Positions 37,231-45,820 of a DNA stretch of 64,000 nucleotides are shown piece after piece. The DNA is from an uncultured delta proteobacterium (GTDB lineage: Bacteria > Bdellovibrionota > FAC87 > UBA2466). Within the stretch, counting starts at the first letter, position 1. Each line of letters opens with the position of its first letter. The stretch is from NCBI GenBank assembly GCA_963778115.1, contig CAVZSV010000004.1, forward strand, positions 416,001 through 480,000. The letters are read 5' to 3'. The notes beneath the pieces were generated by a model, which made no database searches, was not told the DNA's origin, and was given only the letters and a program-made list of their open reading frames with translations. A program made the translations under genes and the position numbers.

Positions 37231-38239
37231 ATTTATCAACGATGGCAGAGCCTGAAACCTCGGGAACCACGGGGTCCTTTGACAGGCGGGGAAACTCCAT
37301 AAGACGCCGAGTGACCGTTCTTACCGACTCGGCAACGGCTTTGACGTTATAACCGCCTTCAAGGCAAAAAAGGATCTTACCTGAGTTAGCCTCCGCGGCT
37401 GCCATCAAGATATCGGCCATGACTGCGAAAGCTTCGGTGGAAAGTTGAAACCCTTGCATCGGATCTAAATAGTGACCGTCAAACCCCGCTGAAACCAAGA
37501 TCATATCCGCACAAAACTCTTTTAAAATGGGAAAGACGATTTCGCCGTAAAGCGCATAAAACACGTCGTCTCCGAAGGATCGATCCAAAGGAAAGTTAAC
37601 CGACGTCCCTCTCCCCTTTCCTTCCCCATTTTCTTTTAAGTCGCCGGTACCCGGATAGAAAGGGAAGCGATGAGAAGATAGAAAGAGGACGTTGGGATTG
37701 GAATAGAAAGCATCCTGGCTTCCGTTGCCGTGGTGCAAATCAAAATCTACGATCGCAAGACGAGCATTGGGGTTTTCTTCTAAAATTGCAGCCGCACACA
37801 ACGCCACATTATTGAGAAAACAAAATCCCATCGAGCGGCTTGGGGTCGCATGATGGCCCGGAGGTCTGACTAGCGAAAAGCCCCGCCGATATTGGCCCGT
37901 CCATATCCGAAGGGCCAGTTCCACGGAACTCCCGGCCGCAAGAAGTGCAGTCTCCACCGAGCGCGGGCCATAATACGTATCGGAGTCAATCCAACCCGAT
38001 TTTCCAGCCGCTAACGAGAGACGATCCAACAGCTCCTTGGTATGGACTCTCAGAAGTAGCTGCTCCTTAGCCGCTACGGGCTCAATCACAGACAACTCTT
38101 TAAAAGGGCCTTGAGAAAAAAGTTCAAAAAGAGGTTCTATTCGACCGGGATGTTCGGGGTGCGAAGCAGGTTCTTGATCTTTAAGACGATGGTCCAAGAA
38201 CTTTTTCGATAATACGATTCCGATATCCTGCGAGTTCAC
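37193..38239 (-). CDS. Histone deacetylase family protein
   Basis: HPEHPGR, RPPGHHA, GFCFLNNVA, DFDLHHGNG, SAGFD, LEGGY; GTG overlaps the upstream TGA. Confidence 0.95.
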   Translation of the reverse strand: MNSQDIGIVLSKKFLDHRLKDQEPASHPEHPGRIEPLFELFSQGPFKELSVIEPVAAKEQLLLRVHTKELLDRLSLAAGKSGWIDSDTYYGPRSVETALLAAGSSVELALRIWTGQYRRGFSLVRPPGHHATPSRSMGFCFLNNVALCAAAILEENPNARLAIVDFDLHHGNGSQDAFYSNPNVLFLSSHRFPFYPGTGDLKENGEGKGRGTSVNFPLDRSFGDDVFYALYGEIVFPILKEFCADMILVSAGFDGHYLDPMQGFQLSTEAFAVMADILMAAAEANSGKILFCLEGGYNVKAVAESVRTVTRRLMEFPRLSKDPVVPEVSGSAIVDKFRDYYLPFFPAL

Positions 38240-38973
38240 TTTCTGCCTGATGAGGGAGGTTCCAAGAGCAAAGATTGAAAGTCGTTCCAAAGATCATCTA
38301 GACCCGCCGCCATTTCACGGGCCTGTTTCAAAGTCTCTTCCAGTATCCTTGGACGACGGCTCACCACATAAGAGATAGCGTTCAAAGACATGTGAGAAGT
38401 GTACTTAGGCAGACAGGATTTGGTCATCAGATGTAAATCCCCGCGTGAGGCGTGGCCCATAAAATGCGGCCCCAATGCCCTTTCAAAAGCACCCAACCAA
38501 TCTTTTTGTACCATCGAAATAAAACACCATGCTCCAAGCCCCGAAGCATAAAGTTTCCGAGACATTCTCATAAATCTTTGCGTCTGGGGGCGAGGTTCGG
38601 AAAGTAATGCCGAAACTTGTGCGGAGGACAATTTTTCTCCCACCCATTGAAATAATTTCTCCGAGTGACCTGACCACTCTCGCAAATCTTCCAACCCCTC
38701 TTCGGAAAGGTAGGGAACTAGAATCTCCCCTTGTCGTATGGCTCGCATCGCCACTTCGTACTGCAAGGTCAAGAGATTCCACCGGCAAGCGCGTGACAGC
38801 TGGGCGGTCGACATGTTCTCTATGGTAAGAAATAAAGAATGCTTTGACGGAAGAAAGCTTTCTGAGATCTCTTCCATTTCAAGTTGCAGAACGAGAGAAA
38901 CCTCGTCACTCAATTTGGCCGGGACATTGGGAATTTCACGAGATACTAGAGCTAGCCTATTGGTTTGCGTCAT
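38236..38973 (-). CDS. Hypothetical helical protein coupled to the HDAC gene
   Basis: 245-aa ORF with a GTGA overlap. Confidence 0.7.
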   Translation of the reverse strand: MTQTNRLALVSREIPNVPAKLSDEVSLVLQLEMEEISESFLPSKHSLFLTIENMSTAQLSRACRWNLLTLQYEVAMRAIRQGEILVPYLSEEGLEDLREWSGHSEKLFQWVGEKLSSAQVSALLSEPRPQTQRFMRMSRKLYASGLGAWCFISMVQKDWLGAFERALGPHFMGHASRGDLHLMTKSCLPKYTSHMSLNAISYVVSRRPRILEETLKQAREMAAGLDDLWNDFQSLLLEPPSSGRK

Positions 38974-39034
38974 GAACGCCGGTGTACCCCAGTTCCTCGG
39001 AAATTGCTAGTGCTGACGAAAAGGGGATATCCTA

Positions 39035-39056
39035 GTGCACCGAGATTGCTTCGCCG
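39035..39056 (-). repeat. REP-like dispersed repeat, left flank of the HNH gene
   Basis: Reverse complement CGGCGAAGCAATCTCGGTGCAC matches 59569-59590 at 20/22. Confidence 0.75.
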
Positions 39057-39227
39057 CTGGTAAATAAACCACGCTCCTCTTCGTTTCCTTCGACGCTACG
39101 AGATTGTTTTTTGGGTAATCACCTGGGCTCCTCACATGATTCGAATCATGTTGCAGTGACGTAAATACCGCAAAAAAAGTCACTCCAAAAACCCGTGGTA
39201 GAAATAGAACAACACGGAGGTTTGTAG

Positions 39228-40152
39228 GTGGAGACAAGATTTCATAGCGCTTTCTTTAAATAATAGTGAATTAGTAAGTCGATTTCGTCGGTCAGCAAAA
39301 GCCGAAAGAAAGATTCAAGCGCAGGTATTAGCTTACCTAGCTGTGATAGAGCAGCGAAAGATTTTTGCGGTAGAAGGGTATTCTTCTTTGTGTGGGTTTT
39401 TAGTGAAGGAGATGGGGTATTCAGAGCCGACCGCTCTGAAGCGCATTCAAGTCGCAAGGTGTGCCATTAAGTACCCTAGGATTTATTGGTATCTTGAGAA
39501 TAACAAAACTTCGATAACCGCACTCTCCGTGCTAGCTCCGCATTTGAATCAAAGTAATAACCAGAGGCTTTTAGAAGAGTGTTCGGGAAAGTCGGTCAGT
39601 AAAATCAAAGAAATCATTGTGAAGTATTATCCCAAGGCTGCGGTAGAGGATAGTGTTCATAGCCGTATCTCGCCTATCAATATCGACCAGGTGAACATTA
39701 CGTTTAGTGCGTCGAAAGCCTTTGCTGAGAAAGTAGAAAAAGCTAAGGCTATCCTCTCTCACAAGCACCCCAAGGCCAGATTAGAAGACATCTTCAATGA
39801 CGCGCTGGATGCGCTTCTTCAAAAACATGCTCCCAAAAAAGCTAGACACACAAAGCAAACCTCTTCTTCACCACAGAGCCGCCATCTTCCCCAGGCAATC
39901 AAAAACGAAGTCAAAGAAAAATACGAGGGGTGCTGTTACGTGTCGCCCTCAGGGGTTTGGTGTGGGGAAAAACGCTTTCCCGAGACTGACCACATCATTC
40001 CCTGGGCTATGGGAGGTAAACATGAATCGAGGAATGTGAGGTGGCTGTGTAGCACCCATAATCAGCTGGAGGCGGATAAGTTTTTTGGGAAAGCTTGGAT
40101 GGACCAATGCCGGGGGAAGAACAGACCGGAACAAGGTCAGTTGCTTAACTAA
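39228..40152 (+). CDS. Solitary HNH endonuclease-domain protein (start region frameshifted or uncertain)
   Basis: GYSSL..F.VKEMGYSE..A.KRIQVAR helical N-domain; C-terminal CCY..C..ETDHIIPWAMGG...NVRWLCSTHN. Confidence 0.85.
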
Positions 40153-40172
40153 CCATCCACTTTACGAGGGGA

Positions 40173-40192
40173 AGCGACTCGACCAAGCAATC
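40173..40192 (+). repeat. REP-like dispersed repeat, right flank of the HNH gene
   Basis: AGCGACTCGACCAAGCAATC matches 59562-59581 at 18/20. Confidence 0.7.
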
Positions 40193-40374
40193 CCCCTTCA
40201 GGAGGATGAGCGTCTTAAAAAGAGCTCTCCATTTTCCTCGGTTCACCGTCTAAGTTTCATACGACCGACTGAAAGTTAGACAGTTTTTTCTACAGAATCT
40301 TAGGCACACAAAGCTGATTTTCCCAATCAATTCACGGTCTATTTTTTGCACGTATTCTTAGTAAATACGCCTTT

Positions 40375-41271
40375 ATGGATACCCGAAAGCATAGTCTTAG
40401 CCTTCTGTTCGTTATCATCGCACTGATGATGGCTTCCTTTGGCCTTAGCGACGAAGATCCCTCGCTGCATGGGCCAGTGAACAAACTTATGTACATGTAC
40501 GATGTGTACTATCTGCCTTTTAGCGTCGAATTTCGCGAAGGCCGAACGGTTAACGATATTTTGCCGTACATTAAAAATTCAAGCGGCGAATCTAGAATTA
40601 TAAAAGCCGAAGAATTACAAAATTTGGATTCGCAATGGGCAACGATCAAAGAGCCGTGGAAAGATCATTCCCTTTTGCAATCCACCCAAGTGGCAGCCAA
40701 CAGTACCGTTCGTATTAGCTCCCATTTAGTTTCCCATCGCATTGGAATCACCAGATCCGCTTTCGACAATGTTTCCATTTCTGAGCGCATTCAGCTGGCG
40801 GAGCTCTTAAAAGAAAAACCTCCGGAAGTTCAGGCAGCCTTCAAGCAACTAACCTTTTTGCGCTCGTTATTAGGTCCTAGCGACAACGGGCGATTTAACT
40901 TTTTTGTCTTTTCCGCTAGCTGGTGTGATAGCTGCAAAGAGTATCGAGTTTTGCTAGAAAACTATTTGAGAAACTTCTCACAAAGCGACGTAGTACTTCA
41001 CTCAGTAGTCATCGACGATCCGAAAGAGGAGATCTTTGAGCGCCCCCTTTTGAAAGAGCTTTTTCCTAATCCCAAGAAATATTCCCATGAAAGTATCCCT
41101 CGCTTTGCCGTTCTAGAGTTTATTGAAGGCAAGCCCCACGTATTAGAAGAAGGAGAAGCCCTCCAGGCGCTGTACGAAAGGTATTTGAAGCCTCACCGCG
41201 GATATATGGATAATAGAGCTACCCTCTTTAAGTCCCCCATCACAAGAGCCTTGTCTTCTACCTCCCGATAG
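40375..41271 (+). CDS. Secreted protein with a thioredoxin-like CxxC domain
   Basis: Signal peptide; FVFSASWCDSCK and SIPRF (cis-Pro loop). Confidence 0.75.
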   Translation: MDTRKHSLSLLFVIIALMMASFGLSDEDPSLHGPVNKLMYMYDVYYLPFSVEFREGRTVNDILPYIKNSSGESRIIKAEELQNLDSQWATIKEPWKDHSLLQSTQVAANSTVRISSHLVSHRIGITRSAFDNVSISERIQLAELLKEKPPEVQAAFKQLTFLRSLLGPSDNGRFNFFVFSASWCDSCKEYRVLLENYLRNFSQSDVVLHSVVIDDPKEEIFERPLLKELFPNPKKYSHESIPRFAVLEFIEGKPHVLEEGEALQALYERYLKPHRGYMDNRATLFKSPITRALSSTSR

Positions 41272-41288
41272 CCTTTTAATAACGCTAA

Positions 41289-42206
41289 ATGGACTCTCGC
41301 ATCGAGAAATGGCGCTCTCATGAAATTTATTTTGGAACTTCGAGCTGGAAGTACGAAGGCTGGAAAGGCAGTGTCTACCTTAGAGACTATCCTAGCGACA
41401 AGAAGTTCAAAGACGAGTGCCTTATCGAATACGCCGAGCATTACCCCACGGTGGGAGTCGACCACACCTACTACGCTTGGCCAAGCCCGAACGGATTTCA
41501 GAAATATGTCGACCAAACGCCGGATAATTTCCGCTTCGGACTTAAAGTGACTGAAAAGCTAACCGTCTGGCAGTACCCCAAACTTCCTCGCTACGGAAAG
41601 GATGCGGGAACGCTAAACTCCTCATTCCTAGATCCGGTACTCTTTAAAGAAAACTTCTTGGATGTGCTAGCCCCTTTCCACTCGCGGTTAGGCCCGCTGA
41701 TGCTAGAATTTTCGCAATTTTATCCGGGAACCATTTCAAGCGGTTCTGAATTTACCGAACGGCTTGATAAGTTTTTCACCGACTTGTCCCAAATATCAGA
41801 ACAGAGATTTCAATTTGGCATCGAGATCCGAAACAGTAATTGGCTAAAGCCTCCCTACTTTGAAATGCTAGTCCGTCACGGAGTCGCCCACGTCTTTAAT
41901 AGTTGGACTCGAATGCCCGACCTTGGTGAACAATTAGCCGCAACCTCCGGCTTCGATTTTCCCTGCTACCTAGCTAGGCTCTTGCTTCGACCAGGACGAA
42001 AGTATGAACAAGCCGTAGAAGCCTTCTCCCCCTACGATCGCATTCAAGATGAACAGCCCGAATTGAGAAGCCATGCGGCGACTCTAATAAAGCGCGCGCG
42101 CCAATGTGGAAGACGGGCCTTTGTCTTCGTGAATAACCGCTGTGAGGGAAGCGCTCCTCTCACTATTAACGGGATTTTAGATGAATTGGAGAAAACCAAA
42201 GACTAG
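41289..42206 (+). CDS. DUF72 (YecE-like) protein
   Basis: GTSSWKYEGWKG.VY, TVGVDHTYY, FRFGLKV, FVFVNNRCEGSAP. Confidence 0.92.
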   Translation: MDSRIEKWRSHEIYFGTSSWKYEGWKGSVYLRDYPSDKKFKDECLIEYAEHYPTVGVDHTYYAWPSPNGFQKYVDQTPDNFRFGLKVTEKLTVWQYPKLPRYGKDAGTLNSSFLDPVLFKENFLDVLAPFHSRLGPLMLEFSQFYPGTISSGSEFTERLDKFFTDLSQISEQRFQFGIEIRNSNWLKPPYFEMLVRHGVAHVFNSWTRMPDLGEQLAATSGFDFPCYLARLLLRPGRKYEQAVEAFSPYDRIQDEQPELRSHAATLIKRARQCGRRAFVFVNNRCEGSAPLTINGILDELEKTKD

Positions 42207-43144
42207 GTTCGCGGGTTGAAAGGATTGTCTTTAAGCTTCTCCGCACTTTCGATGTAGTCTTGGTCAGGCGTCTTTGGAATTCGTATTACAAGCTCCACAT
42301 ACTCGTCCCCCCGCGCTGCATCTTTTGCACTTTTGATCCCTTTACCCGCCAATTTTAAGCGTTGTCCGCTGGATACCCCTTTAGGGATTTTCATTAAGAC
42401 CGTGTTGTCTAAGGTGGGAACGCTCACTTCTGCTCCCAAAACGGCTTCGCTAAAAGTAATGGGTAGCTTCACAATGACATGGGAACCTTCCCTGACGAAT
42501 TGGGGATGTGTCGAAACCTCCAAGTGCAAGATGAGATCTCCGTTAGGTCCACCTCCCATTCCGGGTTCTCCTTGACCCGAGAGCTTAATTTTCGACCCGG
42601 TCTCAACCCCTTCAGGAATCATTACCGTGAGTCGCTTTCCGTCTTCCATTTCCAGCATTCGGCTGCCCCCACGAGCGGCTTCCACGAAGGAGATAGTGAG
42701 TTTAGCTTCACGATCGGAACCTTTTCGAACAAACGCGGGGGCGCCTCTTCTTTTGGAGCGTCCGCCACGCATGTTACCCATCCCTCCCATGCCTCCAGAT
42801 TGGCCAAAAATCTCTTCAAAGAGATCGCCCAAACCAAAATCCGCAAAAGCTTCGGGGTTAAATCCGCCCATTCCGCCAGCCGGTCCTCCCCCAGGTCCCC
42901 CGTGGGAACTGCGCGCGAATGGATTAGCACCCGCGGCTCGCATCTGGTCGTACTTCGCCCGTTTCTGCGGATCTTTTAGAACTTCATAAGCGAGGTTAAC
43001 CTCTTTAAACTTCAGCTCAGCCTCTTTGTTGTTTGGGTTTACATCGGGATGAAATTTCTTGGCGAACTTGTGGAATGCCTTTTTTATCTCCTGCTCTGTG
43101 GCATTTCGCTTAACTCCAAGAGTTTCGTAAAGATCGTGTTCCAA
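42203..43144 (-). CDS. Class II J-domain chaperone (CbpA/DnaJ-like, no zinc finger)
   Basis: HPDVNP J-domain, G/F-rich linker, DnaJ C-domain. Confidence 0.93.
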   Translation of the reverse strand: MEHDLYETLGVKRNATEQEIKKAFHKFAKKFHPDVNPNNKEAELKFKEVNLAYEVLKDPQKRAKYDQMRAAGANPFARSSHGGPGGGPAGGMGGFNPEAFADFGLGDLFEEIFGQSGGMGGMGNMRGGRSKRRGAPAFVRKGSDREAKLTISFVEAARGGSRMLEMEDGKRLTVMIPEGVETGSKIKLSGQGEPGMGGGPNGDLILHLEVSTHPQFVREGSHVIVKLPITFSEAVLGAEVSVPTLDNTVLMKIPKGVSSGQRLKLAGKGIKSAKDAARGDEYVELVIRIPKTPDQDYIESAEKLKDNPFNPRT

Positions 43145-43280
43145 GTGGGGATATCCTTTTTAGTTCCTTTTCGCGCTTGAGATATAATAACAAGACGCCG
43201 TTTTTACTTTTTCTTATATTAGGCATCTTTTCTTATTTGGCTACCCCGGCGCAAATTGACTGAGGGCTACTGAGGGTTAA

Positions 43281-45350
43281 ATGAACCGAAAGCTAGTGAT
43301 TCTCTTGGTTTCTTTGCTTTTCGGGCTTTGCGCTCAACTAACGCTAGCGCCCAAAATCGCCCGGGCCACTTCTACCGATACCGATCCCAAGCATGTCAAA
43401 GCGCCCGGATCGGCACCCGAGACTCCGGCGGCAAACGCCTCTGGGAATGACACGGCGATCGGCGTCAGGGCGACCGCAACGCCCTCTCCCAACGGCTCTA
43501 ATGACGACGAGCGTACTAAGCTGCGGGTACAGAGTAGGGATCCATTCACGCCCTCGCCCTGCGAGAACGCCCACGTCATTGATAAACTAACCACGCTTAG
43601 CCGGGACTACGCCGTTCAAGCCGGTCCCCAGGGTGGAGTTTTCTTTCTTTCAGACAGGTCTGGAACCCCTCAAGTGTATTTTCAGACGACAGCCCACGGT
43701 CCTGCCCTAAGGCTCACGATATTGCCAGCAAAGGCGCAGACTGCGGTAAAAGGCTTTCAGGTCAGCCCCCGAGGAGATTATCTGCTCTTGCTGACCCAAA
43801 ATGATAAAAATGAGGAGTCTCTTTTTCTAACCACTCCCAAAGCCTCTCCCGCCACTGCTCTTGTCAGTGCTAAAACGATTTCCAGTTTTTTCTGGAGCGC
43901 AAATCAAACTAACTTCTTTTTTACCGAAGCCTCACAGGCCAAGGAGACGGCTCTGTTGCGGTACGATCTCAAAACTCAAAAGAAGACTCTCTTGACCCGA
44001 CTACGAGGATTTCAGCGAATTACCGATATTTCTCCCAACGGAAATCTTATTGCTTTGGAGAATCGCCGAAGTGCGACCGATAGCGATCTTTATACGTGGA
44101 ATCTTTCAACAGCGCAGCTAACGAAAATGGACCATCCAGAAGCAGAGGTTGGCTACCGAGCAGGCAAGTTCACCGCGGATTCCAAAAACCTTCTCTTTCT
44201 AAGCGATCAAGAACGAGGCATCTGGCGCCTCTATAGACTGGCTTTGTCGAAACCCGATTCCCCCGTACCCTTCACGACCGGGGCATGGGGAGTGGATCAG
44301 TACCAATTGGACGCTTCGCGAACTCAAGCAGTACTCACCATCAACGAGGAAGGTTACTCGCACTGGGAAGGGTATGAACTCGATGCCCAAGGGGAGAAGA
44401 AGAAATTATTACTCCTTCCTAGCGAACGAACGGCTGTGGTCACCTCTTTGTCCCTCAGCGATTCCGAAAAAGGAACCACCCTTTTTTACTCAAGAGGGAG
44501 TTCGACTCAAACAGAACAGATTCGCGCCTGGAGAGAACTAAAAGAAACGACGTGGACCGAAGCTTCTCGAGACTCCGTCGACCCCCAGTGTTTGATTGAG
44601 CCTATTCTCGTCCACTACCCTAGCTTCGATAAGAGACAGATTTCCGGTTTTCTTTTTAAACCTAAAAACTCTCCGCGATTGCCGTCGGCGGTAATTATGG
44701 CAGTAGAGGAGATTTCAAAACAGTTCCGCCCCCTCTTCTGTCTGCAAGCCCAATACTTGTCGGCTCGCGGCTACGAAGTGCTCATTCCCAACGTTCGAGG
44801 AAGCAGCGGATACGGAACCCTATTTTCCCACCTCGACGATAGAGAACTTCGGCTAAATGCCGTACGCGATCTCGCAGAAGGGTCTTACTGGCTGCAAGAA
44901 CAGGAGTTGGCCAACCCCAACGAGATTATGGCCTTTGGGACCCATTACGGCGGATTTACCGTATTACGCGCCCTACAAATAGCACCCCAAGCCTTTAAGG
45001 CGGCGGCAGTGGCAGATCCCATCTTGAACTTTTCGGATTACCTTTCGTCTTTGGGTGGCCAACAACGATCGGAAATGGAAATAGAGTTAGGCGCTGTTAC
45101 GGACGAACCGCTTCTCAAGGAGCTATCAGCAGTAACTCATCTTAGCGATATCAAGACTCCGCTAATTGCGTTTACCTCGAACGCCCCTGCTAATGCCAAA
45201 CAAATCTGGTGGCAGGTTTTAGAAGACAAGCCCATTATTTTTGAAGGACGACAGATCGCATCTGACAAGACAGAATCGGAAATTCGATTCGAACAAATTC
45301 GCAATAGTACTTATTTCTTTGAGCAACAGAAAAAGAAAAAGGGCTCCTGA
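43281..45350 (+). CDS. Secreted S9 (prolyl oligopeptidase) family homologue, probably inactive
   Basis: Signal peptide, beta-propeller repeats, PNVRGSSGYG; nucleophile elbow reads GTHYGG. Confidence 0.85.
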   Translation: MNRKLVILLVSLLFGLCAQLTLAPKIARATSTDTDPKHVKAPGSAPETPAANASGNDTAIGVRATATPSPNGSNDDERTKLRVQSRDPFTPSPCENAHVIDKLTTLSRDYAVQAGPQGGVFFLSDRSGTPQVYFQTTAHGPALRLTILPAKAQTAVKGFQVSPRGDYLLLLTQNDKNEESLFLTTPKASPATALVSAKTISSFFWSANQTNFFFTEASQAKETALLRYDLKTQKKTLLTRLRGFQRITDISPNGNLIALENRRSATDSDLYTWNLSTAQLTKMDHPEAEVGYRAGKFTADSKNLLFLSDQERGIWRLYRLALSKPDSPVPFTTGAWGVDQYQLDASRTQAVLTINEEGYSHWEGYELDAQGEKKKLLLLPSERTAVVTSLSLSDSEKGTTLFYSRGSSTQTEQIRAWRELKETTWTEASRDSVDPQCLIEPILVHYPSFDKRQISGFLFKPKNSPRLPSAVIMAVEEISKQFRPLFCLQAQYLSARGYEVLIPNVRGSSGYGTLFSHLDDRELRLNAVRDLAEGSYWLQEQELANPNEIMAFGTHYGGFTVLRALQIAPQAFKAAAVADPILNFSDYLSSLGGQQRSEMEIELGAVTDEPLLKELSAVTHLSDIKTPLIAFTSNAPANAKQIWWQVLEDKPIIFEGRQIASDKTESEIRFEQIRNSTYFFEQQKKKKGS

Positions 45351-45370
45351 CGAATCAGAAGCCCCTTTTC
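45331..45370 (-). terminator. Rho-independent terminator (best on the minus strand, possibly bidirectional)
   Basis: Minus: AAAAGGGGCUUCUGA-UUCG-UCAGGAGCCCUUUUUCUUUUU, with G-U pairs only on this strand. Confidence 0.88.
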
Positions 45371-45596
45371 AAATATGCCACGGGAAATTTACGTCATGTT
45401 GCTATCACGTTGCCATCAAGTTGCTCTTAAAGAAGTTATCAATGTTGTTTCTCAGATGTTGTCTTGTTGTGAATCATGCTGAACATCTAAGAAGGATCAA
45501 GTTGTGTTACGTTATGTATGTTGTTTATGTCGTTTCTAGCTGTGTCTATGTTGTCTTTCCCTAGGCCGTGTCCTTGTTCTGGTGTTAGCTCTCACT
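45331..45596 (-). ncRNA. Candidate sigma54-dependent CAAC-repeat small RNA
   Basis: Sigma54 promoter upstream, terminator downstream, 9 CAAC motifs, internal stems, no credible ORF. Confidence 0.65.
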
Positions 45597-45606
45597 GATT
45601 TAGAAT

Positions 45607-45622
45607 TGCATTGGCTGTGCCA
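45607..45622 (-). promoter_or_regulatory. Sigma54 promoter
   Basis: TGGCACAGCCAATGCA versus consensus TGGCACGNNNNTTGCW. Confidence 0.8.
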
Positions 45623-45820
45623 AAATTTGTGACCTGTGATCATTGGGAAAATACCCCCGGCAAATGCTGTCATTTGTGGAATCCGCTGACATGCACTAAG
45701 AGTGGTCAAAAACCATTCATGATATCAAAGGTTTAAATTGTCCAATGTTTGGTTAGGTTCCCTAAGCCTGTCTGCATACACGACACACAGGGGGAAGGGC
45801 TTAGCGAAACTGGAGGGTGA

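Noticed and set aside
45394..45553. Repeats read as a CRISPR array or replication iterons
   Set aside because: Units are 4-11 nt and irregularly spaced, with no unique spacers and no cas or rep gene
45241..45564. Plus-strand 107-aa ORF across the repeat region
   Set aside because: Overlaps the S9 gene, runs through a terminator, and its V/C/Y-rich tail simply reflects the GTTG repeats
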